64,000 bases of DNA from the NCBI GenBank assembly GCA_016176525.1, contig JACOWZ010000003.1, positions 385,000-448,999 of the forward strand, written 5' to 3'. Of the stretch, positions 1-8,944 are shown piece after piece. The number at the start of each line of letters is the position of its first letter. Positions within the stretch are counted from its first letter, which is position 1. Made by a program: the position numbers and the translations under genes. The DNA is from Candidatus Colwellbacteria bacterium (GTDB taxonomy: Bacteria > Patescibacteriota > Minisyncoccia > UBA6257 > Colwellbacteraceae). The notes below the pieces were generated by a model that saw only the letters and a program-made list of their open reading frames with translations, was not told the origin of the DNA and made no database searches.

Positions 1-1881
1 ATGATGAGTGTTAATCATCCAGACGTTTTAGATTTTATTACCTGTAAGAAAGTAGAAGGCGATATAAGAAACTTTAATATTTCTGTAAAAGTTACAGATG
101 AGTTTATGCGAGCTGTTTCAGAAGGTTCTAAAAAGCCATGGCTATGTGAGTGGAAAGGCAAAAAGATGAAACCGAGGAGAGTACTCCGGCGGCCAAACGG
201 CGCGGTTTACGGCGTGGAAGAGCTTGATATGACTGCCTCGCAAATTTTGGATGAGATTGTAGATTATGCGTGGTTAAACGGTGAGCCTGGAATTGTTTTT
301 ATTGACGAGGTTAATCGCACAAATCCTCTTCCCCAGATGGGTTCTATCCAATGCTCTAATCCGTGCGGAGAGCAATTTTTGCACCCGTACGACAATTGCA
401 ACCTTGGTTCTATAAACTTGGCTCCGTTTGCAAAAAATGGAGCAGTGGACTGGAAGCGGTTAAAGTTTGTAACCCAAGTAGCAACGAGAATGCTTGATAA
501 CGTTATAGATCGCTTTAATTTTCCGGTTGAGGCGGTAACCGAGCTTGCGCGCAAGAATCGCCGCATAGGGTTAGGTATTATGGGCTTTGCCGATATGCTC
601 TATCAGTTGGGGATTGCCTACAATTCCAAAGAAGGTATTGCAATGGCCGAGAAAACTATGAAGTTTATAAACGATACTGCGCATGAGTATTCTGCAAAGC
701 TTGCTAAAGAAAAGAGTGCATTCCCAAATTGGAAGGGCAGTATTTACGGCAAACGTAAGATTAAAATTAGAAATGCAGCTTTGACGACTGTCGCGCCAAC
801 TGGCTCTATATCTATGATGCTTGATACATCTTCCGGAATTGAGCCGAACTTTGCTCTCGCGTTTATCAAACAAGACAAGGACGGATTACAATATCCATAC
901 CTCAATAAATATTTCGATGCCGAACTTCACAAGCGTAAATTCAGCGAAGCGAGAATCAAAGAAATCCGAGACGAGGTTATAAAAACCGGCACAGTTCAAC
1001 ATATGAAGGATTTGCCGCAGAATCTACGCGACACGTTCGTTGTCGCTATGGATATTTCCGGCGAAGAGCATATGAAGGCCCAAGCCGCTTTCCAAAAACA
1101 TGTTGACAACTCAATATCCAAAACTATAAACCTGCCTAATAGCGCCACCAAAGAAGACGTGAAAGCTGGTTACGTTACTGCTTGGAAGTTGAAGTGTAAG
1201 AGTTCTACAGTTTACAGAGACGGTAGCCGTAATGTTCAGATTTTAAACATCGGCACATCGGACAAAGTCGTTTCTACGATTGAAGATCCGCTAAAACGCA
1301 AAGCGCCGATGAATTTAGAGGTAGATAAAGGCAAGATTGCGCCGCGCGTGAGGCCAGAGGTTATGCAGGGTAGAACTTACAAAATTAAAACCGGCTACGG
1401 CAATTTGTTTGTAACGATCAATAACGATGAGGCTGGTGCGCCGTTTGAGGTCTTCGCCGCAATTGGCAAGAGTGGTGGGTTTTTCCAAGAGCAGAGCGAG
1501 GCAATTTGCAGGCTAATATCACTTGCACTTCGCTCTGGAATTAAGACAGAAGAAATTATAGATATGTTAAAAGGCATTCGCGGGCCAATGCCAGTTATGA
1601 GCGACAAGGGCACTATTTTCTCTTTGCCGGATGCAATAGCTCGCGTTTTGGAAGAGCACGCAATGGGGTTTGGTGTGTCTTCTGGCGCGCAAGAGGCATT
1701 ACCTGTTCCGCAAACCGTTTTGGAATCCGCAGCTAAAAATGAGGTTATTTCTCCAAAAGCGCAGAAAAGAGAAATGGCAGATTTTGGCCACATGCCCGGG
1801 TGCCCGGATTGCGGCCAGTCACTTGTGATGGCAGAAGGATGTATATCATGCAAATCCTGTGGCTTTACGCGTTGTCTTTAG
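1..1881 (+). CDS. nrdJ: Class II (adenosylcobalamin-dependent) ribonucleotide reductase, C-terminal ~626 aa; the 5' end lies outside the window
   Basis: The ORF is open to position 1, so the first Met is an artefact. It has an SNPCGEQ active-site-type motif, an ISKTINLP/TVYRDGSR region and a C-terminal Cys-rich zinc ribbon (CPDCGQ...CISCKSCG). Confidence 0.8.
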   Translation: MMSVNHPDVLDFITCKKVEGDIRNFNISVKVTDEFMRAVSEGSKKPWLCEWKGKKMKPRRVLRRPNGAVYGVEELDMTASQILDEIVDYAWLNGEPGIVFIDEVNRTNPLPQMGSIQCSNPCGEQFLHPYDNCNLGSINLAPFAKNGAVDWKRLKFVTQVATRMLDNVIDRFNFPVEAVTELARKNRRIGLGIMGFADMLYQLGIAYNSKEGIAMAEKTMKFINDTAHEYSAKLAKEKSAFPNWKGSIYGKRKIKIRNAALTTVAPTGSISMMLDTSSGIEPNFALAFIKQDKDGLQYPYLNKYFDAELHKRKFSEARIKEIRDEVIKTGTVQHMKDLPQNLRDTFVVAMDISGEEHMKAQAAFQKHVDNSISKTINLPNSATKEDVKAGYVTAWKLKCKSSTVYRDGSRNVQILNIGTSDKVVSTIEDPLKRKAPMNLEVDKGKIAPRVRPEVMQGRTYKIKTGYGNLFVTINNDEAGAPFEVFAAIGKSGGFFQEQSEAICRLISLALRSGIKTEEIIDMLKGIRGPMPVMSDKGTIFSLPDAIARVLEEHAMGFGVSSGAQEALPVPQTVLESAAKNEVISPKAQKREMADFGHMPGCPDCGQSLVMAEGCISCKSCGFTRCL

Positions 1882-2108
1882 AAATTAAGCTATAACTTTG
1901 TCGCTTCGTCGTCGATATACACGCAGAGCGCGTATAATCTCCTCCTTGCTTCTCGTTCTAACTTAATTTCTTTTGACATCGCAAATTACTATTCTTCGGA
2001 GTGTCTTAGTGTTCATAAAAATTTCTTAGCATTTTTTAGACATTATAGTCTTTACCGGATTTTTGTAGTTTTGTATATAAAAATCCCCAGATTTATCTAG
2101 GGACTAAA

Positions 2109-2417
2109 CTAGCTGCGCCACCAATGTGATCGGGTTGTCTCGGCATAAAATCCGCCGATTTCAAAGCTCTCTTTAGGCTTTTCAGTAACCCAATCGCCAT
2201 TTGGGCCGACCCACATCTTTTCTCCACCAGTCTCAGATTCATAGCCGAATGATTTGTGCGACATAACGCCGTTACAGTTTGGGCATCGCCATTCTGTATC
2301 CATTGCTTCAGGGGGCATGCCTTCAATTGAAACAATGGTCTTGCAATGCTCGCAAATACCCAGACTCTCTAGTCCGACTGGTTTAGCCGATGTTAATGTG
2401 CTTTGATTCTTATCCAA
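2109..2417 (-). CDS. Small zinc-ribbon protein, hypothetical
   Basis: 102 aa ORF with CEHCKT...CPNCNG Cys4 pattern; no recognisable family. Confidence 0.35.
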   Translation of the reverse strand: MDKNQSTLTSAKPVGLESLGICEHCKTIVSIEGMPPEAMDTEWRCPNCNGVMSHKSFGYESETGGEKMWVGPNGDWVTEKPKESFEIGGFYAETTRSHWWRS

Positions 2418-2468
2418 TTCTACCGCTCCGTTGATGATAGGTTAATGTATAGAACTTTAATTTTCAAG

Positions 2469-3158
2469 CTATGCACCAAATTTATTGAGCGGGCATTTGT
2501 CGTGTGCGTGGGGTTTTGCGGCACAGTAGGTACGGCCATAGTCTACTAGGCGATAGTTTAATTCCGGCCATTCTTTTTTAGGTAATAATTCCATAAGGTC
2601 CCGTTCAATTTTTACGGGGTTTTTGTGTGCGGAGAGCCCCAGGCGTTGTGATAGGCGCATAACGTGCGTGTCTACTGCAATGCCCTCCACAATGCCGTAT
2701 GCATTGTGTAGCACAATATTGCCGGTTTTGCGCGCTACGCCGGGGAGTTCTAAGATTTCTTCCATTGTATTTGGCACCTTGCCGCCGAATTTTTCTTTAA
2801 CAAGTTTAGCGGAGGCCAAGATATTCTTCGTTTTATTGCGATATAGGCCGATTTCTTTTACGTCTTGTTCAAACTCCTCTTGTGTTGCGTTTACATAATC
2901 ATCCAGTTTTTTATATTTCTTAAAAAGCCGCGTGGTTACTTCATTTACCTTTTTGTCTGTTGTCTGCGCGGACAAAATTGTGGCAACCAGCAATTCCCAC
3001 GGATTTTTCCAATTAATTAGTGCAACTTTTGTTCTTGGAAATAGTTTTTTTAAGATTCTTAATATCTCTTTTGCTCGCTTTTTTCTTTTTTCTATAGACA
3101 TACCCACTTTAGTTTTTATCTTTAACCTTACCTTCAACCAGGTGTTATGATCAATCAT
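2469..3158 (-). CDS. nth: Endonuclease III (DNA-(apurinic or apyrimidinic site) lyase); the true start is probably the internal Met near 3101 (MSIEKRKK...)
   Basis: HhH-GPD region (LPGVARKTGNIVL), C-terminal 4Fe-4S Cys cluster (CAAKPHAHDKCPL). The longest-ORF start lies inside the 24-bp palindrome. Confidence 0.85.
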   Translation of the reverse strand: MIDHNTWLKVRLKIKTKVGMSIEKRKKRAKEILRILKKLFPRTKVALINWKNPWELLVATILSAQTTDKKVNEVTTRLFKKYKKLDDYVNATQEEFEQDVKEIGLYRNKTKNILASAKLVKEKFGGKVPNTMEEILELPGVARKTGNIVLHNAYGIVEGIAVDTHVMRLSQRLGLSAHKNPVKIERDLMELLPKKEWPELNYRLVDYGRTYCAAKPHAHDKCPLNKFGA

Positions 3159-3164
3159 AACACC
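3141..3164. repeat. 24-bp perfect palindrome GGTGTTATGATCAATCATAACACC (copy A)
   Basis: Read directly. Identical 11-bp arms recur at 3756, 28534 and 49017; only the central 2 bp vary. Confidence 0.9.
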
Positions 3165-3421
3165 GTTCTTTCGTTTTTTAATAGTTTTATTTTAGTTCTT
3201 GTGCCGCGGTTATATCCTCCAATTTTACCATCAGAACGTATTACTCGGTGGCAGGGGATGGAGGAGTTGTAATTTTTGTTCAAAATATTGCCCACAGCCC
3301 GGGCCGCGCGCGCATTACCTGCCCGCCGCGCCACCTCTTTGTAGGTTAGAGTTTTGCCGCGCGGAATTTTCTTTACAATTGCGAGTACCCTTTCTCTAAA
3401 CCTTGTCATATTTAGAAGCAA
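3155..3421 (-). CDS. Stand-alone methylated-DNA-protein-cysteine methyltransferase DNA-binding domain protein (COG3695-like)
   Basis: 88 aa; PCHRVI active-site motif with the Cys retained; HTH-like upstream segment. It overlaps nth and truB by a few nt, so it is probably co-transcribed. Confidence 0.7.
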   Translation of the reverse strand: MLLNMTRFRERVLAIVKKIPRGKTLTYKEVARRAGNARAARAVGNILNKNYNSSIPCHRVIRSDGKIGGYNRGTRTKIKLLKNERTVL

Positions 3422-4052
3422 ATTCTTTTAGTGTTAGAGAATTGATGCGGGTGAATTTGCCGACGCGGGTGCGCTCTAGCGCAGCTAGGTAGCCGCCGAC
3501 GCCGAGCTTTGCGCCAATGTCGCGGGCAAGCGAGCGAATGTAAACACCCTTACCGGTTTTTACGCGAATTTCCAAATATGGCCACTTGTATTTAATAAGT
3601 GCAATTTTTTTAATTTCAACTGGCCTTGGTTTTAACGCAGGAGTCTTGCCTTTGCGGGCCAATTGGTAAGCACGCTTGCCTTTGAGTTTTATTGCGCTGT
3701 ACGCCGGCGGGGTTTGCATAATTTTATCCTCAAAGGTTTTTAGCACTTTCTTTACGGTGTTATGATTGATCATAACACCGGTCTCTTCACGCTGCATCGG
3801 GCCTTCTGCATCATCTGTTGCGCTTGTGTACCCAAGTTTTATTTTTGCGATGTATTCTTTATCTGCGGCTACCTGCTTTTCTAGTTTGCGAGTATATTTA
3901 CGGCTGATTGCGACAACAAGCACCCCCTTTGCTAAAGGGTCTAGCGTACCGGCATGTCCGATTCGGCGTTCGCCGGTTATTTTGCGGAGTTTGTTTATTA
4001 TGTCGTGCGAAGTAGGGCCAGTGGGCTTATAAATACCAAAAATACCTTCCAA
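3396..4052 (-). CDS. truB: tRNA pseudouridine(55) synthase TruB
   Basis: GHAGTLDPLAKGVL catalytic motif; QTPPAYSAIKLKGKRAYQLARKG region. Contains the in-frame 8-aa insert GVMINHNT encoded by the palindrome. Confidence 0.9.
   Translation of the reverse strand: MEGIFGIYKPTGPTSHDIINKLRKITGERRIGHAGTLDPLAKGVLVVAISRKYTRKLEKQVAADKEYIAKIKLGYTSATDDAEGPMQREETGVMINHNTVKKVLKTFEDKIMQTPPAYSAIKLKGKRAYQLARKGKTPALKPRPVEIKKIALIKYKWPYLEIRVKTGKGVYIRSLARDIGAKLGVGGYLAALERTRVGKFTRINSLTLKEFASKYDKV
3756..3779. repeat. 24-bp palindrome copy B (GGTGTTATGATTGATCATAACACC), in-frame inside truB
   Basis: Read directly. Confidence 0.9.
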
Positions 4053-4054
4053 AG

Positions 4055-4921
4055 CTATTGTATTTCGTAGCGTACCGTAACGTTAATTATTACTTCTTGC
4101 GAGCCCGGTTCTATAGTGGGCGCAACTTTGCCGGCTTCTTCTGCAACTGCTGCGTCAAAGGAGCGTATTGCAAAAGGCGAGTAATATCCTTCTTCTATTG
4201 ATATAATTTTACCTATCCTGAAACCCGCTGCTTTTGCAGTGGCCTCTGCCTGCACGCGAGCTTTTTCTATTGCCATAGCGCGAGCTTGGTTTTGCAACTC
4301 TGCTGGGTCGTCTATCGTAAAGTTTAGGCTGGATACTGTGTTTGCGCCGTTTTCAACCACTCCGCCCAATAATGCGCTAATTTTCTCAAAATCGCGCACT
4401 TTTACCGAAACAGTTTGGTTTATTTCGTAACCAACAATTTCTGCCGGTGGGCACACGGAGTCGTTAGTTATAACCGTGCTCTCTGCACCGCCAAATCCGC
4501 TAACGCCGCTACCCATGGGGCTAAGAATGCGCGGATAAGATGGTGTGCAGTATTGGTAACGCGGGCTTACGTTGTAGCTCTCGGTTTTTATATCTTCGCT
4601 CTTTACACCCTGTGATTTAACAAAGTCTATTGCTTTGTTTGCTTTTTCAGTGTTGGTTTGTTGAAGCTCTGCCAAATCCAAGCCGCCTTGAGTTGTTATG
4701 CTAAATGTAAATGTTGCAATGTCGGGCACTGCCACCGCTTTGCCTTCGCCAGATGCCGAAAAGCTTCTAAATGATCCCGGTTCAATTTGCTTTGCATACG
4801 AGTCAGCAAATTTTGTTGCCGCGAATGCAAACATTAATATTGCTAATATACCCACTACGCCTAGGGCGTTTTTTATATTGTTTGTCATATCGCTATTATA
4901 CCAAACTATAACGTTCACCAC
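4055..4921 (-). CDS. SIMPL/DUF541-family periplasmic protein (26 kDa periplasmic immunogenic protein-like)
   Basis: N-terminal TM/signal; KARVQAEATAKAAGFRIGKIISIEE-type SIMPL signature. Confidence 0.6.
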   Translation of the reverse strand: MVNVIVWYNSDMTNNIKNALGVVGILAILMFAFAATKFADSYAKQIEPGSFRSFSASGEGKAVAVPDIATFTFSITTQGGLDLAELQQTNTEKANKAIDFVKSQGVKSEDIKTESYNVSPRYQYCTPSYPRILSPMGSGVSGFGGAESTVITNDSVCPPAEIVGYEINQTVSVKVRDFEKISALLGGVVENGANTVSSLNFTIDDPAELQNQARAMAIEKARVQAEATAKAAGFRIGKIISIEEGYYSPFAIRSFDAAVAEEAGKVAPTIEPGSQEVIINVTVRYEIQ

Positions 4922-5029
4922 CCACCCATACTCTACAAGTCACCGGCGTAAAATTCTTACTGAATTTTCGCCTATATCTTACGCCTATGCGCTCCGAAGA
5001 TGACTTTACGAGCATGGCTGGGCGGCTCC
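4916..5029. repeat. ~114-bp intergenic element bounded by inverted repeats, copy i (most divergent)
   Basis: Shares the CACCGGCGTAAAATTC...TTTTCGCC...GCTCCGAAGATGACT core with copies at 25846 and 50831. Confidence 0.7.
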
Positions 5030-5037
5030 GCACTTAT

Positions 5038-5664
5038 TTAGAATAATGAAATTTGATTTTTAGCTTCTGTAGTTTGTTTTGCTTCGGGCGCGGTTTTTGT
5101 AAGCAATGATTCAAAGTTTTTTATAAGTTCCGGCAGTTTTTTAAAGTCTGTTTCTAAATCTTTTAAAACTCCAGTGGAGCGCAGTGCCGCTGCGGGGTGG
5201 TATAGCGGGAATATCAATTTATTGCTCAAGCGAAAAACCCTGCCGTGGTCTTTAGAGATTTTTGCATAAGGCAGAAAGTAGTTCATAGAAAATCTGCCCA
5301 ATGGCGCTATTATTGGCGCATTTAGAATTTCCAGTTCGCGCTTTAAGTATGGAGCGTAGACGGCAATCTCCTCCGGGAGTGGGTCGCGATTCTCTGGCGG
5401 GCGGTGTTTTACAATGTTTGTTATATAGACCGTTGCGCGGGGTATGCCGATATTTACTAGTATTTTGTCTAAAAGTTTGCCGGCACGGCCCACAAATGGT
5501 GTTTTAAGCTCGTTTTCAAAACGTCCCGGCGCTTCGCCGATGAATACAACTTTTGAGTTTGTGTCTCCAACGCCGAAAACAAGATTTATTCCCTGTGCAC
5601 GGAGCGGCAGGGAATTATCAGTATCCATTTCTTCTTTTAGCTTAAGAAGCTCGGCAGATTTCAC
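5038..5664 (-). CDS. Uracil-DNA glycosylase, family 4
   Basis: GEAPGRFENELKTPFVGRAGKLLDKIL motif typical of family 4 UDG. Confidence 0.85.
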   Translation of the reverse strand: MKSAELLKLKEEMDTDNSLPLRAQGINLVFGVGDTNSKVVFIGEAPGRFENELKTPFVGRAGKLLDKILVNIGIPRATVYITNIVKHRPPENRDPLPEEIAVYAPYLKRELEILNAPIIAPLGRFSMNYFLPYAKISKDHGRVFRLSNKLIFPLYHPAAALRSTGVLKDLETDFKKLPELIKNFESLLTKTAPEAKQTTEAKNQISLF

Positions 5665-6227
5665 AAAATTGTTACAGAAGTTATGCTTACTGGTTCTTTA
5701 GGCTTTGAAATTTCTGTTGGGTTAAGAGGGTTCGGCTGGGTTTCTGCTCCGGCAATTTTGTCCACGGTTTCTAGCCCCTCTATAACATGCCCGAATATTA
5801 CATAGTTTTTAGGCAGGGGTTGGTCGGCATGCATTATAAAAAATTGGCTGCCGTTTGTATTTGGTCCGCGGTTTGCCATTGCAACTGTGCCGCGGAGGTA
5901 TTCGCCCTTAAACGGCTCGTCGGCAAAAACGTAGCCCGGCCCACCTGTGCCGTCGCCATTAGGGTCGCCGCCCTGTATCATAAATCCCGATATTACCCTG
6001 TGAAATATTGTGCCGTTGTAAAAACCCTCCCCGGCGAGTTTGATAAAATTTTCTGCCGTTTTTGGAGTTTTATCAGCGTACAATTCTATTTGTATTGTCC
6101 CTGCAGTTGTTTCTAATTGAACTACTGGGTTTGTGATTCTTGTTGTTTGCATATATAAAAGCACCGCAAGCACCGCGCCAACAAACGATAGGGCAAATGC
6201 AGCAGCGATTACTTTTTTTGTGGACAT
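5661..6227 (-). CDS. Cyclophilin-type peptidyl-prolyl cis-trans isomerase with N-terminal membrane anchor
   Basis: FHRVISGFMIQGGDP signature; N-terminal hydrophobic segment; 4-nt overlap with the UDG gene. Confidence 0.9.
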   Translation of the reverse strand: MSTKKVIAAAFALSFVGAVLAVLLYMQTTRITNPVVQLETTAGTIQIELYADKTPKTAENFIKLAGEGFYNGTIFHRVISGFMIQGGDPNGDGTGGPGYVFADEPFKGEYLRGTVAMANRGPNTNGSQFFIMHADQPLPKNYVIFGHVIEGLETVDKIAGAETQPNPLNPTEISKPKEPVSITSVTIL

Positions 6228-6258
6228 AAACCTAATTATACAACATTATAATTAAGCT

Positions 6259-7233
6259 ATGTTAATAGATGAGATAAAAATAAAAATTTCTGGTGGGGCA
6301 GGTGGCAGGGGTGCCGTGGCTTTCCAAAGAAATCTTAAGAGTTTGGGGCCGACTGGCGGGCATGGAGGGCGCGGAGGGAGAGTTTACTTTGAAGGGGTAT
6401 CGGACTTAAGCGCACTCAACCAATTTAGGTTTAAAAAAGACATTAAGGCCGAAGATGGCAAAGATGGCAGGAGCCAGTTTCGAGATGGGTCTGACGGCAG
6501 AGATTTAACCCTAAAAATTCCGGTAGGCACGATTATACACAACGTTACCAAGGGCGCTTCCTTTGAGATGTTAAAAATCGGCCAAAGGTTGCTTGCGGCC
6601 AAAGGCGGCCGGGGAGGCAGAGGTAATTTCCACTTTAGATCTTCGCGGAACACTAGCCCAAAAGAATTTGAAGAAGGCAGGGTTGGAGAAGAATTTGAAT
6701 TAAGGCTTGAATTAAAATTTATCGCAGATGTTGGCTTAGTCGGCTTCCCCAATGTTGGCAAATCAAGCTTGCTAAACGAGCTTACTAGCGCTAGAAGCAA
6801 GGTTGCAAATTATGCTTTTACAACTCTTGAGCCTAATCTAGGCGTTTATTATGAACTTATTCTTGCAGACTTGCCGGGACTTATAGAAGGCGCCTCGCGC
6901 GGCAAAGGTTTGGGCGTAAAATTCTTAAAACATATTGAGCGAACCAAGGTTATTTTTCATCTAGTTTCGGCAGACTCCGCCGACCCGGTTAAAGATTATA
7001 AAACAGTCCGCAAAGAACTGGGGCAATATAGCAAGGAACTGCTAAAAAAACGGGAGTTTTTGATGTTAGCGAAAAGCGACCTGATTGATGCAAAAAGCCA
7101 AAAGACCTTGCTTGCTAAGTTAAAAAAGCTTAATAAGTCGGCTATACATATATCTGTATACGATTGGGATAGTTTGGAAGAAGTTAAGCGTATTCTAAAC
7201 GAACTAGTTAAAGAGAAACATAATTCAGAATAA
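6259..7233 (+). CDS. obg: GTPase Obg/CgtA
   Basis: Gly-rich Obg fold N-terminus (GGAGGRGAVAFQ, GGRGGRG), G1 motif GLVGFPNVGKSSLL. Confidence 0.9.
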   Translation: MLIDEIKIKISGGAGGRGAVAFQRNLKSLGPTGGHGGRGGRVYFEGVSDLSALNQFRFKKDIKAEDGKDGRSQFRDGSDGRDLTLKIPVGTIIHNVTKGASFEMLKIGQRLLAAKGGRGGRGNFHFRSSRNTSPKEFEEGRVGEEFELRLELKFIADVGLVGFPNVGKSSLLNELTSARSKVANYAFTTLEPNLGVYYELILADLPGLIEGASRGKGLGVKFLKHIERTKVIFHLVSADSADPVKDYKTVRKELGQYSKELLKKREFLMLAKSDLIDAKSQKTLLAKLKKLNKSAIHISVYDWDSLEEVKRILNELVKEKHNSE

Positions 7234-7281
7234 AAATCTCGCCTAGTGTTTTGGCGAGGTAGGGTTCTGTGTTTATTGTTG

Positions 7282-7542
7282 TCACGCTTCACCCATTAGC
7301 TTTTTTCTTTCCTTCAGCCATTCAATGTGGAGTTTTTTCTTTTCTTCCTCTTTGTTGATGGCTGTTCCTGTTTCTTCCGCTAGCCCTAAGTTTTTAATGA
7401 ACTTTGCGCACTCCGGGCAATCTCCACTGGAAGTCAGCGCAACTTCCTTGTGTCTTGGGCAGGTTGATATTTCTACCATTTTTTCTCGCGCCCGCGCTTT
7501 TTGTTCTAAGCTCTTTCTAGCACTTTGTAGTGTTAAAGTCAA
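7282..7542 (-). CDS. Small hypothetical protein with CPRH...CPEC zinc-ribbon-like motif
   Basis: 86 aa ORF; Lys/Glu-rich tail; no family recognised. Confidence 0.35.
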   Translation of the reverse strand: MTLTLQSARKSLEQKARAREKMVEISTCPRHKEVALTSSGDCPECAKFIKNLGLAEETGTAINKEEEKKKLHIEWLKERKKLMGEA

Positions 7543-7682
7543 GTTGTGTAAATAAATGTAAAAAGTTTTCCACAGTTTGTGTTTTGTTTACTTGAGCAAA
7601 TAAGATAAAATTATTTTGTAAAGTATTTTTCTCCTTAAAAAATAAAGGTCGAGAGATTTCTAGTGTAAAAAAATAAATTAAA

Positions 7683-7799
7683 ATGGCTAAAAAAAGAAGA
7701 GTAATGAAAAGAAAGACTGCGAAAAAGAGAGCGACCAAGAGAAAAACTACAAAGAGAAGAAAATCTAAGAAAAGAACGACGCGCAGGAGAAGAAGGTAA
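7683..7799 (+). CDS. 38-aa Lys/Arg-rich peptide (MAKKRRVMKRKTAKKRATKRKTTKRRKSKKRTTRRRRR)
   Basis: Not in the ORF track because it is under 60 aa. ATG...TAA, immediately followed by a strong rho-independent terminator. Does not match the L34/L36 consensus. Confidence 0.4.
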   Translation: MAKKRRVMKRKTAKKRATKRKTTKRRKSKKRTTRRRRR

Positions 7800-7815
7800 G
7801 ATAGAGTTGTAAAAA

Positions 7816-7844
7816 CAGCCCCGCAAATGCGGGGCTGTTGTTTT
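7816..7844. terminator. Rho-independent terminator (CAGCCCCGC-AAAT-GCGGGGCTG + TTGTTTT)
   Basis: 9-bp GC stem and T-run read directly. Sits between convergent genes. Confidence 0.65.
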
Positions 7845-7882
7845 AGCACAAAAAAAATAGGCCAGGCGTGAAGCCTGAGCCT

Positions 7883-8194
7883 TTATTCTAGATTAAGTTC
7901 GCCGCGCAGCCAGTTGCGCAGATCGCCGTAGGTTTTGACACTTCTAGGAAACACTACCCGCAAAGCGCAGCGCGAACATGTGACGGCGTTGTGCGTTTCA
8001 GAAATTATATGTACATCCATCTGACCGCCGCAGACGATGTGGATGCCAACGTTGATGAGCGTGAGCTCCTCGTCGTCGGAATGCCCGTTGCTTTGCTTTT
8101 TCAGCATTTCGCCGAACCGTGTTAGTACTATTGGTTTTATTTTAATCACCCTTGTAGGGATTGCTAACACATACTCTAGTGCACTAGACCTCAA
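7883..8194 (-). CDS. Hypothetical protein
   Basis: 103 aa ORF, no recognisable motif. Confidence 0.35.
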   Translation of the reverse strand: MRSSALEYVLAIPTRVIKIKPIVLTRFGEMLKKQSNGHSDDEELTLINVGIHIVCGGQMDVHIISETHNAVTCSRCALRVVFPRSVKTYGDLRNWLRGELNLE

Positions 8195-8223
8195 TCGTCA
8201 AACCATGTAAAATGTTTGCGTAT

Positions 8224-8298
8224 TCCGGCGTAGCTCAGCGGTAGAGCGGCTCCCTGTTAAGGAGATGGTCGCAGGTTCGATCCCTGCCGCCGGAGCCA
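8224..8298 (+). tRNA. tRNA-Asn (GTT)
   Basis: Cloverleaf: acceptor TCCGGCG/CGCCGGA, anticodon loop CTGTTAA, T-arm GGTTCGATCC, encoded CCA. Confidence 0.85.
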
Positions 8299-8329
8299 AA
8301 TTCTTGATAGTCTGTGATATACTTTTTGC

Positions 8330-8749
8330 ATGAAAAGTAGTTTAGGGGCTGTGCCAATTACACTCATTTTAGTGGTTGTAATTGTGGTTGTGACGATTGG
8401 TGGAGTTGGTTTATATTTATATGTTCAAAATAAATTGAACTCGGTTGTAGAAGAATGTTCCGAAGATTCAATTTTGAGACTATACGAAGAAAAAAATTAT
8501 GAGGGTAGGTGTATCGCTCTTAAGGGGTCGGTTGATAATCTGGCTGACTATAATTTCGATAACATTTCGTCTTCTTTAAAAATAAAAGATGGCTATTCTG
8601 CTACATTCTTTGATGAAGCTGATTACAAAGGTAATTTTAGAATAGTTTGGACTAGCACCCCTTATTCAACGAGTGGTTTTGATAATTTAGTTTCTTCAAT
8701 AAGAGTTAAAGAAGGCGGAACTACAATAGAAATTAAGATGGAGGAGTAG
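8330..8749 (+). CDS. Membrane-anchored hypothetical protein with beta/gamma-crystallin-like Greek-key motifs
   Basis: N-terminal TM; YEEKNYEGRCIAL / ATFFDEADYKGNF motifs. Confidence 0.45.
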   Translation: MKSSLGAVPITLILVVVIVVVTIGGVGLYLYVQNKLNSVVEECSEDSILRLYEEKNYEGRCIALKGSVDNLADYNFDNISSSLKIKDGYSATFFDEADYKGNFRIVWTSTPYSTSGFDNLVSSIRVKEGGTTIEIKMEE

Positions 8750-8809
8750 CAAAATAAAATCCCTTCGGTTTAGCGAAGGGTGGGTAGAGATGATCGGTTT
8801 CTTGTTCGG

Positions 8810-8872
8810 CTACTTGGGGTTGCGGGGTGGGTAGTTGTGTGGCTTCGTTTGTCCGCCGTGGTTTTTATCCAT
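8810..8872 (-). CDS. 20-codon small ORF (MDKNHGGQTKPHNYPPRNPK) with perfect SD, promoter and terminator
   Basis: On the minus strand: TTGACA, 17 bp, TGnTATCTT; then TAAGGAGGTGA, 4 nt, ATG; stop; hairpin CCCTTCG/CGAAGGG; U-run. Confidence 0.35.
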   Translation of the reverse strand: MDKNHGGQTKPHNYPPRNPK

Positions 8873-8944
8873 TTGTTCACCTCCTTATGGTTCTGCCGAG
8901 AAGATATCATATTCAGAATATGGTGTCAAAGATAGATCTGAAAA

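Noticed and set aside
264-1853. Minus-strand ORFs (264-566, 571-873, 1395-1853) inside nrdJ
   Set aside because: Antisense to a well-supported conserved CDS; no motifs; typical spurious ORFs.
7517-7849. 110-aa and 63-aa minus-strand ORFs overlapping the basic-peptide gene
   Set aside because: Low-complexity Leu/Phe-rich translation of the antisense of an AAG/AGA-rich region; the sense micro-ORF with a terminator is more plausible.
8877-8886. CACCTCCTTA identical to the 3' terminus of 16S rRNA
   Set aside because: No surrounding rRNA sequence; it is simply the reverse complement of the perfect Shine-Dalgarno of the minus-strand micro-gene.
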